Source: Utricularia gibba (lineage: Eukaryota > Plantae > Magnoliophyta). Taken from it: a stretch of 64,000 bases of DNA. The DNA is taken from the NCBI GenBank assembly GCA_002189035.1, contig NEEC01000017.1, forward strand, positions 1,612,001 through 1,676,000, read 5' to 3'. Below, piece by piece: positions 50,085-64,000 of the stretch. How positions within the stretch are numbered: position 1 is the first letter of the stretch; each line of letters begins with the position of its first letter. A model generated the notes under the pieces. That model worked only from the letters and a program-made list of their open reading frames with translations, was not told the origin of the DNA and did no database searches. Position numbers and translations under genes: made by a program.

Positions 50085-52402
50085 AGGCAAAGTATAAAGA
50101 ATGCTATTTACGTTGTTTGATCTTTCTTCCAATAATATTTGGAATAGTTTTCTTTTTTTAAAAAAATAATTTTTTTTATCAAATACCAACGAATTGTAAT
50201 CTTATACCTTGAATCTTTATTTAGTGTTTTGAATGCATAACTTTGGGATATTATTTTACGATAACGAATCAAATAGTTTTCTATTTGTCATCAACAAACA
50301 TATTTATTAATTATTTTTAATATATCTAATATATTTTTATTATCTTATTATTCTCTTAACTCAAATAAGGGTAATAAACAAACAAAAAAGTAAGGCGTAT
50401 TTAGCCAATTTTACCAAAAGGTGAAGTATTTAACAAACAAATTTTTGACAGTAGATATGCTGCCAAATTACTCGGCGTCACACCTCCCACACCTGCCAGC
50501 CTGTCTGTGATGTATACTTAACAAGGAGAATGGATGATATTCTTCTTGGATATTTGGCATTAACTCCTGCTGCTTTTTTTATTGTATTTATGTCAATTAT
50601 TATTTCTAAGGGATCCGGCTTCGGTATTTAAATATGTTGAAGGTGGTCCATTTTTTTTTTTAGCTGGAAAAAAATTTAAAATTTGCGTTTGTCCTATTTT
50701 TTTTCGAAAAGTATTTTTTAAGAAATGATCATAATCAATGATTTCTATAATTTTTTTAAAATTAAGAATTTATAAATTGATGTCCCTTTTTAAAGTAGAA
50801 ATCATTCGTTTTTTATATCAGTAGAAATCATTTGTGTTGAATAATAAACTGCTTTTGGAACGTTTTTTAAAATATAATCACTTGAGATATAAAGAATTCA
50901 TTTAATAGAATGTTTTTTAATATAAGTGGAATTATTCACAAAAAATGATTTGATAACATATGGGTGTGTTTTGTGAGAATTGTTCTTTAAGGAGGAATTA
51001 TTCATTAAATAGTTTTATATAAAATCTTATAATTTAATTATAGAATGCTCATAATATGCAATTGGAGAGATAATGTTTTTGAAATAAAAAGAATAATACT
51101 GTATTTTATCATTGTGTTATTAATTAATTCCATTTGATATATGAGCACTAACTTATGTTTTAACATAAGTAATAAATATTATTTAGTAACTATATTATTA
51201 ACATATGTTATTTAATATAAAATAATCTTTTAAATTATACTCAACAAGCCCTAATGTAGCATATAAACATACGCCCAATCCATAATTAATCATGCTTCAA
51301 TTAAATTGTTTTCTTCTAAGAAGCATAATTGAAGTTGAATTTTTTGCTTCTAGTTCAAGTTGAATCCATTTGAAAAAAACACACACACATTCATGCACAA
51401 ACACTTTCATGTGGAGTAGTAGTTGTTAGAATATATAATCACATATCGAAAAATGAAATTAAAATAATTAAATATATAAGAAATTATAAATTACTATTAA
51501 TTGGTTAGATCCAATGTTTTCTAATGTGATCCTCATTTATTAAATACTTAGACTTTATGTGTACGTGCTTGCCCGACTCACCCATCCATCAAATACTCGC
51601 AAGGGCTCCACAGTGGAGATCATCCATCCATCATATCGTGATGAGACAAAGGTCCTCCATTCTATTGATTTTCTTCTCTTAATTAAGAAGAAGTATCCCA
51701 GCACTGCACATGGGTAGGTGATTTGAGCACCAAATCTCTTATTACAGTTGTGCATAATTGATATCAGACAATAAATTTGACCACAAAAATCAATAAAATA
51801 GATATTAAAATTAAACGTGATTCACTCCAAAATAAAGATTACTCCACATACAACTCTTAGAAAATTCATTATTTATTACAGTGAATATAAAGATATTTAA
51901 TTTAGAAAATTATCGAGTTTTTTCCTCTTTTTCTACGCTTTCTTCGAAAATTCTACCGAACAGAAAACATGAATAGAAAAAATAATATTTTTTTCTTTCC
52001 TTATTCTATCCTAGAAAACCAAAAAAAATCATTCAAAAAAGCTCAAATGCTCTAAGCTGTTGTTGGGATTGAATCTCATATATTGAGTAATTATTTCCAT
52101 CTATAGGATAACCATCAACCCACTCTGCCGACGCATCAATCCTCGCCGGCCACCAATCTCATGTTTTTTTAATATTTATGTGGACCCCACATGGAGGATC
52201 CATCGATTACATGTGCTACACTTTGGTTTGAAAGTGTGATAATCCTGGATCCCATGATTTTGCTGTCTCATCTGGTGTGATAAGAGAGCCAGTTGTGCTC
52301 AAATCAGCCACCAGTGGATCTCATGAGTTGTCAAGATTCTATATATTGTGATTCATGCTCCAACATTCGAGCAAAGCGAGCTCATCTCTGAAAGAGTTTG
52401 AA

Positions 52403-54671
52403 ATGGCTTTGAGTATTACAAGCAGTCTTCCTTTTGTATTCAATGCCAATGCCATGTCTCGCAGATGGTGTGCACCAAAACCTGCGCCTGTTATTCGGTG
52501 CAATGCTGGATCTTTTGATAATCCCGATTTGACAGAGCGGCGGTCAGGAAATTTTAAGAAGACAAGATGGGAGTTTGATTACATTCAATCTGTGAACAGC
52601 ACATTCCTGGTATATCTGTATGCAACTTGGTTTGAATTGTGATACACAACAGATAAAAAAAGTGTGTTTCTTTTTTTGGTTTTGCTTGAGTCATCTTCTT
52701 TTGGTTTATCAGGTCATTCAATGTTTATAGAAAGCGACATCCTTTGATGGCATGAATTCCGGTTTTCATCTTGATACAGGATGAGGAGTACAAAGAAAAA
52801 GCAGCAGAACTTGAGAGTGAGGTAAGGATTTTACTCAGATGTAGAGATGAGCAAGCTCCAGAAGCTGGAGTTGGTGGATACATTGCAAAACCTGGGGATT
52901 TCCTACTTATTTGATGCAGAAATAATGAGAATAATGGAGTATGTACAGGAACACAGACATTGCAACAATGATGAGAGGGCTGAAAGAGATTTGTACTCTA
53001 CCTCCATTGAATTCAGATTGTTAAGACAACAAGGGTTTCACATCTCTCCAGGTACTGAGTCAACTTTGAATCCACGTTTTTTGGTATCTAGAGATAACAA
53101 GAAGTATTCTTTACAGAGGTATTTGATGCATTTATCAAGGAAAACGGTGAATTCGATCCACTCCTTAATGATGATACGAAAGGATTGTTGGAGCTTTACG
53201 AGGCCTCCTTCTTGTCCTTCGATGGTGAAGAAACAATGGATCTCGCCAGAGAATTCGCCTCAGTTGCCCTACACAGGTATCTCAAAAATGGTTGTTCTAA
53301 CCATGATGAGACATCTTCTCTTCGTATTCGATATGCACTCCAGCGTCCATTACACTGGAGAGCTGATAGACCAAAGGCTAGATGGTTTATTGACTGGCAT
53401 AAAAGAAACACAGACCAGAAGCATCCAGTGGTTCTTCAACTTGCAAAACTCAACTTCAACATTGTCCAGGCGCACTATCAGCAAGAACTCAAACATGTTG
53501 CAAGGCAATCACAAACTTTTCTTTTTCTCTTTTCTTGAAAAACACTTTACAGTGTTTCTATGCAGGTGGTGGGATGAAGCAGGTTTGGCTAAAAAGCTAC
53601 CTTTTGCGAGGGATAGAGTTGTGGAGTGTTATATCATTGCTCATGGATCGCTTATTCAACCTCACCATCGATTTTTGAGGATAATGAGTGCAAAACATTT
53701 TGCCATTGGCACAGCATATGATGACATTTTCGATGTTTATGGAACACGTGAAGAACTACAACTTCTCCACAATGCCATTCAAAGGTCACTTTCGAATCCT
53801 GATGTCTTGCATGGCAGCAAGAAGAGTTCAATTCTGATTGTAAATACTTGCAGTTGGGATATTGATGATATCAACAAGCTTCCGGGTTACATGAGAATCT
53901 GCTTTGATCAGATAGACCTCTTGATCAAAGAGATGACAGAGCATGTTCAAAGAGCTCAAGGCTTGGTTATCACTCCGTTTCTCAGGAAAGTGGTGAGCAT
54001 TTGCTGACATTGTAAACTTTTGAATGGTTCTAAATATTAATGTTCATGACCACTATGCTGCAGTCGGCAGACATATCCAAAGCATACCTGCAAGAAGCCA
54101 AATGGTACTTCAATGGTCAGTTTCCTTCCATGGAAGAGTGCATAGAAAATGGATGGAGATCTATCGGGATTACTTTGTTATTATCAAACGCCTTCATTCT
54201 CCTCGCAAATCCCATCAATGTGGAGGAGGTTGAAGCCTTTTTGTCATATGATGACGCCACACGATACTCAGGGATCATCTCTCGCCTTGCAAATGATCTT
54301 GCAACCTCCTCGGTTCGTATGCAGTCTGCTCTTTTGGGACACGCACACCTATCTAACCACAATGTTTTAATGTCTTTACATAGGACGAGATGAAGCGAGG
54401 AGACGCTCCAAAATCACTGGAGACTTACATGCATGAGACCGGAGCATCCATTGACGAAGCACAAGACTACCTGAAGCTCCTGAGGTTGCAAACATGGAAG
54501 AAGTTGAACAGGGAACTTGCAGATTCGCGTTTCCCTCGGGAATTCATAAAGCTCGTACTTGAACAGACGAGAATCTTTCTCTTTATGTATGCTGAAGGTG
54601 ATGGCCTTGGAATGCAGGCTGCGCCTACCACCAAGTCCTTCTCTCAACTTCTGTTTGACCCCGTCCTCTAG
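52403..54671 (+). CDS. TPS-b monoterpene synthase-like, copy 2 (7 exons; 2-nt frameshift at about 52837 as assembled, possible pseudogene)
   Basis: Same motifs (RRx8W, RDR, DDIFD, NDLATSS|DE). The exon 2 frame shifts at ttactcagatgta versus copy 1 ttaccgaaggatgta. Confidence 0.82.
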
Positions 54672-56093
54672 AGGCAAAGTACAAAGAATGCTATTTACAT
54701 TGTTTGATCTTTCTTCAAATAATATTTTGGAATAGTTTCTTGTTGATAAGAGCCGCTGAAGAAGTGAGGCTTAATCAATTAAAGAAAAGCTTAGAATATT
54801 CTAGAAGATGACGTTAACATAGAAATATATAATTCTAGAAAAAATCTAGAAAGATATATAATAATATATACATAATAAATTCAAAATTATTTAAAATATT
54901 TCATACTTCAGTATAAATAGAAGATCTAGTATTTAAAAATGTGTGAATTTGTTAATATCTCTTTAAAAGCTAATAAATATATTCTTCAAATCGTTGTTTT
55001 TATAATCTACACCTGTTTTTAAAAAAAATATTTCAAAAATAATTTTTTTTATCAAATACAAACCAATAGTAATCTTATACCTTGAATTCTCATGTATTGG
55101 AAAAAGTTGAGTACATAGTTTTTGGATATTATTGTATAGTAACGAATCAAATAGTTTTCCATTTTTTGAAAAAAAAAAAAACGTTTCAAAATAATTTTTT
55201 TGTCAAATACGAACAAATTTTATTTTTATACTCATAAGGTCAGCTATTTGAACGGACGCATAGTTTGTAGATATGATTGGAGGGTAACCGAATCTTATCC
55301 ATCCCCTTCTCTTACAATTATTGCAATAAAACCCAAACTGTGCACACCAACCGAACGTGGATACGAACGAAAGTAGGCCATTGCTTTTCCTCTGAATCAC
55401 ATGCATTGTTTTCTCAATTGTTTTTTTTTTTTGGAGAAAATATATTTTAGCTTGTTTTTTTTTTATTTATGAATTTTCGGCTGTTTTGAAGTGCTGATTT
55501 GGATTATATACTTCTATTTTTGGAGTATATCAGATACTTTCTAAAAATAAACCTTAAACATGGGGTTTGAGTATCATGAGGGATGTTGCTAATTATAGGA
55601 ATTTGTAAATGCAAGTGGGAATAACTAGGTGGATTATTGTTTTTGTGACACTGAAGAAAATAAAATTTTTTAAAAAATTGAAAAATGGAAATAAAAATAA
55701 AAATCGGGTGATGCTATGATACGTGTCACCGTCTAAAGAGGAGCCAAAGATCTGCACCTCCTTCGCTTCGCGTGTGCGCCACGCGGATATCTGTTTGTGG
55801 TGGTTTTGGATTTGAATTGTTGCACGCGCGTGGTGCGAGTGGTGATACAAGTACTTCGAAGCCCATTGCTTTTGTCTGCCCATAGATGCACTCCACCCAC
55901 TTTTTTGTTGCCCTTGGGTGGTGGGGTTAAAGTACTTAAATACCCTTTTTTGTTTGATGATTCTCGAATATGCCATTGCCTCTTCCCCACCTATAAATTT
56001 GTGCTTCAGTTGAAATTAGGTTTTTCAAGTTTGGGAGGCAAAGCTCCTCGTGTTCTCTGATTCTAACGTTTCTTGTATCAAATCGTAAGTGCC

Positions 56094-56693
56094 ATGAGAA
56101 CCAGATCCGGTCACGCCGGCGCCGCGTTAACCGGCGGCGGCTTTCCACGGTCGCTGTCTCCTTCCGGCCGCTTCTGTTCCTCCTCCATGTCCTCGTCTTC
56201 CGGTGGATTCTACCAAACCGCTAGATCCGAAACAAGGCACGACGCGTTGCTCGCTCGCGCCACTAGTCCTACACGCGTGAGCATCGGGAGATCCGTTTCG
56301 CCCTCTTCTTCGGTGAGGTTCTCGGCCTCTCGACACAGCGCGATTTCTTCGCACCACCAGCAGTCGAGTCACCGGGCGCTCAGTTCCCGCGCCAAAAAGA
56401 CGTGTATGTGTTCGCCGACTACGCACCCAGGGTCCTTCCGCTGTAGCCTCCACAAGAACAGCCTCCTCCCTGGGTCCAGCCACAGTCAGCCTTACCGTTC
56501 CAGCCATCAATTGCACATGCGCCGGTCGGCGATGACGAATTCTTTGGTCCGTATCGGAACTGTGGAGGGGGACTTACTCAAGAGAGCGCTGTCAGCGCCG
56601 ATTAGGCCATCGTCACATAGTCTCCGCCGCCGCTGCGACTTCCAACCCCGCCCGAGCCGCCTCTCGCTCATGTCCAAAGCCGAAGATTCATAG
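56094..56693 (+). CDS. Serine-rich protein-like family member
   Basis: RSLSPSGRF, CMCSPTTHPGSFRCSLHK, MRRSAMTNSLVRIGTVEG and FQPRPSRLS..MS motifs. Confidence 0.9.
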   Translation: MRTRSGHAGAALTGGGFPRSLSPSGRFCSSSMSSSSGGFYQTARSETRHDALLARATSPTRVSIGRSVSPSSSVRFSASRHSAISSHHQQSSHRALSSRAKKTCMCSPTTHPGSFRCSLHKNSLLPGSSHSQPYRSSHQLHMRRSAMTNSLVRIGTVEGDLLKRALSAPIRPSSHSLRRRCDFQPRPSRLSLMSKAEDS

Positions 56694-57229
56694 CTTTTTT
56701 TTTTTTTTAACTGTCCCTTCGCCTTCTTCTAAGAGTGTACAGATTGTCGGTTTCTGAAATCCCACTCCCTCCATGGATGAGCTCCCTATAGTTCACAAGG
56801 GCTCAGTCCTCAGGGTTTTTTTTTGTTTTCTTTTCGCACACGTTTCAGTGCCAGTCTATAGGTATGCTGTATCTGATGACGATTCAGATCAACTATATCA
56901 AGAGATTTCAGTGCATGATTACCAGTGGAATACTGAGTTTTCTAGTTTCATCTTTTTGTGGATAAGTTCGCATAGCAACTGAATGCTGAAGCATGCGACG
57001 GGGCTTGTTTCTCCGATCACATGGTGAATTTTGTCCACAGAAATTTCACCTCACAGATATTTGTTGATGGTGAACTGTAGGACCATTTGATCATTTCACC
57101 AGGGGCCTCTGTCACAGAGCCATTTGCTTGTGTGTGATGTGGAAGGGAAGGGAGTCTCTCTCTCTCCCTCTATATATACCTGTCTACGCTGTGTGTTTGT
57201 TTTCACTGACCTCTACAGGGGCATGAGGC

Positions 57230-57880
57230 GTCTGCAGACTCCGACTAACATATGGCCACAAAGAATGTGGCTGTTGACAATGCGAGCTCGAATTGGGTCA
57301 GATGGTTGCTGATGTTACTCATCCTGCAACGAGAGCGTAGCACAAGTGGGTATGCAGAATGTTCTGTTGAAGATGGCGATGGAAGATCTGGTTCTCACCT
57401 GCTGAGTATTGATTAATGAGATCTTCTGCATCATCAATGACTCCTTCAGCTGAAAGTAATGCATAAACAGCGAATACTGATGAAACGGGAGATGAGAGTG
57501 GCATTGCCAGCTCGTTGAGGGTACCATCAATGACCATAAAATAGGCTCGCAACAGCATTTCTTGTATGCTGCAGAATCTGAGCTTCTCACACTCCCATGT
57601 ATGCTCCTACCCAAACTCAGGCATTTCCCAAGCCTTGGGCTGCCGGCTGTTGGGGATGCAGAGAAGCACATCCCACCGTCATTTGGAGGATGACCCGTCA
57701 GAGATTGCCGCAGTGACATGATGCCCTTTGTCTCTTCTTCTGGATGGGAATCATCATCCATCCATCAGCTGTAGAACATGGAAATCAGGGATGAAGAAGG
57801 ATCCATCCTGCACATCTTCTGAACCTTGCGAGTCTCTGCTTTGCAATGGAGGTCCAGTTTCCAGCTCCAATTCCACTGCC
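57230..57880 (-). pseudogene. Degraded MRS2/MGT (CorA-family) Mg2+ transporter fragment
   Basis: Pieces in different frames match the MRS2-1 C-terminal half: RKVQK, MDDD, EMLLRAYFMVIDGTLNEL, LKE-/-IDDAEDLIN, NHLTQFELALSTATF. There are several frameshifts and stops, and no GMN motif. Confidence 0.78.
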
Positions 57881-58363
57881 TGAAAATTCAGTCACAAGTT
57901 CATACGCATCCTGCCATCTCCTGAAAGAGCTTCAACTGCATAAAATGCCCCGGCATGAGCTTCAACCACATACAGAGCAATCAAAATCCGAACGCTAAAC
58001 AAATTCAGAAATAGATCATCCATGCGAAACGTCCAACAAATTCTAGAAACTTCGAAAAACAAGGTGGAGGTGGGTTCCAAAATTGCTCAATGATCAACCG
58101 ACTGCATCAAGTTTCATACCTGGAATTCACAAGTTGTCGGGATCGTCCTTCGAGTCCACGACAAAACAACCAACTGTGAAGCGCACAAGGGATTACCAAT
58201 ACCCACTGTTAACGGATTGGGCTCGTTTTCCTTAATGGGCTATGGGCCGTTTCGTATCTTGTTGGGCCAAACGTGGGATAAGTACTTGAGTTTCTGGTGT
58301 TTTTCCCCCGAATTAGAGCGCTCGTGCCCTTGTTTTCAGAAATTGCTCCTCCGTTCCACTGAA

Positions 58364-60135
<1,772 letters not shown>

Positions 60136-61074
60136 ACGATTGTAACTTCTTTAAGATTGTTACTAGTGGCATTCTTGGCCAAAAAGTTATTTCAAAATGG
60201 ATGAGGCAAACAAGTTGGATTTGAAAAATGATGATGTTGTCGTCTCTGCCAGCCTGGGAAAGACATTAGACCTTGAAGAGTAAACCATCGTGTGTGGCAA
60301 AAAAGGGAGCAAAAACCAGCGACTCCACAGCCATGAGCGTGATCAAGATGAATTACTACAGTAAAAGAATCAATCTTTACAAGTGGATACTCCGCCCCCC
60401 ACATGTCGGAGCGTTTCTGTCGCCTGCACCTACAATCATATGACTTGTCCTAAACCACCTCTGGCAGAATACTAAAGCAGTATTGGAGTAAGACTAAGAC
60501 AATCCCTAAAATGTTACGAACATGACAACCGTTGGCTGAGACGAGGATGAGAAGATCCAACACCAATCATTGGATTTCATTGTCCTCCAGAGAGAAGAGC
60601 CACAACTCGCAACAGCTCCCTTTGTTTAAATGGTTGGACGAGTTGGTGTAAAATCGTTCGACCCCACTGCGGGTTACAGAGATGCGCCATTTTTTGCTGT
60701 CTAAGACAAGCAGTGAGCGGCTGTAAATTGGTAAAATTATTATTAATATGTTCACTAGCTTCGTGACTTGCAGAGTAGGGATGCCTGTGGCTTCCAGTTC
60801 AGTCTGTCCAGTGGCAGAAGTTTCGGGGAAAGGAAAAAGAATCAATCTTTACATCACTCAACCAAAAGCCATGGCTGGGATGTTCGCAGCCGGCTACATG
60901 GCAATGCCAATGCACATATCTTTGAACATCGCGCTTGTTTGATCCCTGCTTCTGGACAACAGCTTTTTGCTCAAATGGGATCTGAGGGAGTACATAAAAT
61001 GGAGACGACCATCCCACTTTCGGATCCTTCCGCAATGAAAATTGTAGGATGGAATCGAAACGGCACCTTCGGGA

Positions 61075-64000
61075 TCAACGGGCGGATGCACATACGGGTT
61101 GTAGAGGGTATAAGCCATGAACACCGTTGGTGAAATGCTCCTTGTTTTTCCTCCGCTTGGTGACTAGAACAAATCCTTCCCCATCAAGAGTCTTGCCTTC
61201 AGTTACTGCCGTCTCAGCCTTTTGCTCCTTGCTGCATTTGGTATCGGATTCTGGTGAGAGATTTGTTGCAACTGTTTCAGCTGAACTTGCCAAGGACGTA
61301 CTCTTCTTTTCAGTTACTGGAGCCGAAACTTCGGGTTCAGCAGTTCTCTGCAGTGATTTTACAATGAAACTGAGCAGCATCTGCCTTGCTAGGTCGGCTA
61401 CGTCTGCATCAGAGATGTAGCTTAGTCCTTTTCCTGTAACAGCAGATGCAGAAGCATCATCAAGAGTAATCTCCCCGGACCTAATGGGACCAGTACTCGA
61501 TTCAGTAGAATGATCAGCAGGTTTGTAATCCTCTGCAGGTGCATCTGTTGGCTGTGTTCGTTTGGGAACAAATTCCACGGCGTGTGGATTCATTGTCCTT
61601 GGGGAAATAAAGCCACTTCTTTCTGATACCCGAACTTGGTAATTAGCATACCCAGGTCTCATTCGGAAGCCATGGCTTGCCTGATAATACATTGGTGATC
61701 TTGGACCACATGGAACTCTGGCAGTAACTGGAGGGAATCCCACAAGCTCAACAAATGCTCCTTGGGTGGAAGCAGCATCACAGACAGCGGCGGCAGCTGT
61801 TGAAGTTAGTGCCTGTGCTAAAGCATAGGCACTCGGACTGAATGGCTCAGCTGAAGCTGAGAGTTTACTTCCGTTTGTTTCCCCGGGTCTCTCATGGCCA
61901 GTTGGAGAAGGTGTGCCGTCACTGTCAGGATTAGTAACTGCTGAATCAGGTCCAGATTCTACAGTATTATCATCCTCAGTGTCTGGTTTCCCTCCACCGT
62001 ATTCCAATGATGGGGCATCAGGAGAAACCACAATATCCCAGCCTCCTGCTCTATTTCGTTTGGACCATCACATGCTTTGTCAGTTTTTTCAGCACATTTT
62101 TCCTCCACTTTATCCGGTACAAGCTTCAAAACTGTACCTGGAGCAGCTACAGCCACTTCTTTGTAAGATAAAGACTTGGATGCTAATGCTGTGAGGCTTG
62201 CTGGAGGCAGAGGAACCTTCACTGCTGAACTTTTAGCTTCACCATCAATGGTCACACTTAAAGAGCCTGCTTTTCTGTGTGGGGGCGCTTCGGAAGAAAC
62301 AGACTTCGGCAGCACCTTATTAGACGGTAAAATAGCATCTCTTTTATGGGTGTCCTTGTAGTTGCAAACAGGGGAATTTATCTTTAACTTGGCAACATCT
62401 GGACGCCTTTTGTTCAACTTTCTTGTAGCTCCATTTCCAGATCTGCTTTTTGAAATAGCTTCCTGCCACCCTTCATCTGACTTGACATCTTGAATAATTT
62501 CCTCATGAAATGGGATATCTAGTTTGGTAATTTCATTGTCTTGAGGTTGTTCCCGGATGGACTTAATCTCAACTTTATCCTCACCAATCTGGCTATCCTC
62601 AAACACATCAGTAGCCTCTATACTTCCATTGCTGGTGATACCTTCAATTGCTCCCTGGTGCTGCTCTGTGGGGGGCACATCACCAACAGGAAAACTCTAC
62701 AAAGCGAAGCATACAAGTGGATTTAATTGCAAAACTTAAAGTGACAGCGGCTTGACTACAAAACTCAATAATAAAATGATTTTAAGCAAAGAATCAACCT
62801 TTGAACGCCGCTTCCTTTGAGCATCACCAGGCTTTGCTTCCTGATCTGGACTAATGTAATCCAGGAGATCTGACACACTGTAATAACAAGCAAAGAATTA
62901 TGTAGAAAGCTCACATTACATCAAATGAAGGCACCCCTTGAATACCTGAGATGACCCTTGCTGGCAATGGATGCATCCAGCTTTGGGGCTCCAGTGCGGG
63001 CAGCTTCTTGCTGCTCCAGGGCTTTTGACTCAAAATACTCAAGCCATGCAGCAGCATCCTGCAGTTACAGAAGACTAAGCAACAGGCAATAGAAATTGAA
63101 TGTACATTAACTGAGCATTCTAAAGGAGAAAAGATCGATACATTACACAAGTAGATATACTACAAAATTGAAACTTGAGCAGTCTACTTCTTATTCCTTA
63201 GTTTAACCATGCATTTGTAGAAATGTATATCAGCTCATAAAATACACACTCGAATCCTAGAATTTAAACTGAGCAGAATGTAACCGAAATTTTCTAAACC
63301 TGCGTGCGGAGGTCATCTGCTCCAAGTTTTGCTTGAAGAATTTGCAAGGTAGTTTTTTCATGCTGCACACTTAGTGTATATGCTTCCATCAATGAAAGAG
63401 CTATGGCAATGGCGTGATAGCTAGCAGCAGTCTGTCAAATAGAGCGACCAGTCTTAAATATTGAAATCTAGTAGCTAACAATTTGCAGGAAATTTCAGAG
63501 AGGATCTGCATGGGAAATTGCTATGAACCATGACTGCCGATGTGGGATATTGGAAATATTGAAAGATACCTGTATATGATCAGCTCCTAATAATTTTTGG
63601 TTGCACTTGAGAGCTTCATGCAAATATCTGAGAGCAACATGAACATTTCCCATCCCCTCCTCCATCATAGCCACATTTATGTAAGTAGCTGCTGTATTTG
63701 GGTGTGCAAGCCCACATGTGAAATGGAGAAGGTACAGTGCACGGTTGACGTATCTGCTCATGGATGATAAAAAATGAAGTTGATTTAGCCCACAAAAGAG
63801 TAGGTGGAGAAAGTCACTCGGAGCCACAGACAAGGGTACCTACTTTAAAGCCAATTCAATGTGTTGAAGACGGTAGTAAAAAACTGATAGATCCCCATAA
63901 CTCTTCATTGTATCTGGATGATCAAGCCCGAGCTCCCTTTCATTGATATCAAGTGCTTTCTGCTGGTATATAGTTGCCTAAAAAGGAACATTTGCAGAAT
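61075..64000 (-). CDS. CLU/TSS/REDUCED CHLOROPLAST COVERAGE-family TPR protein (REC3-like), 5' partial; probable 1-nt frameshift at 62037-62039
   Basis: Exons [31 protein letters not shown]|[10 protein letters not shown]...[16 protein letters not shown]...|[13 protein letters not shown]...|[12 protein letters not shown]...|[25 protein letters not shown] and [10 protein letters not shown]. Confidence 0.9.

Larger units (their letters stand above)
46311..55170 (+). repeat. Tandem duplication: unit 1 about 46311-50300, unit 2 about 50476-55170 (upstream region + TPS gene + 3' flank)
   Basis: Both units start cgtcacacctcc...aacaaggagaatggatgatatt and share about 0.9 kb of AT-rich upstream sequence, all TPS exons and introns, and a 3' flank block. 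Confidence 0.9.

Noticed and set aside
60567-61124. Short ORFs between RH35 and the REC gene
   Set aside because: No motifs; best explained as the 3'UTRs of the convergent genes.

Overview
Gene-dense plant nuclear DNA with short spliceosomal introns and about 20 genes or gene remnants in 64 kb. It is a eudicot; the MAVACYASL-type NLR N-terminus suggests Lamiales (inference). The main result outside the ORF track is a plant telomerase RNA (TR) gene on the minus strand at about 12300-12586. It has a USE and TATA at Pol III spacing, an 11-nt AACCCUAAACC template for TTTAGGG repeats, a hand-verifiable pseudoknot, closing helices and a T5 terminator. Protein genes in order: PPR-SMR (5' partial), CC-NB-LRR with a near-perfect miR482-type site, KONJAC-type GDP-mannose pyrophosphorylase alpha, a small Lys-rich protein, RsmG/GidB, a Raf-like kinase, a DUF4408/DUF761 protein, a disrupted rubredoxin-like gene, IRX10L, PIG-F, PBG1, CIPK, CDC27B, a C2H2-EAR ZFP, an RLK with an HRN catalytic loop, two tandem TPS-b terpene synthases with complementary lesions and a 437-bp identical tract, a Ser-rich protein, an MRS2 Mg-transporter pseudogene, RH35/DDX41 and TSS/REC (5' partial). 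Four conserved genes each lack one base in a coding-strand G run. This points to systematic assembly indel error, so all small indels here need read-level confirmation. Family assignments come from motif recognition and memory; no searches were run.
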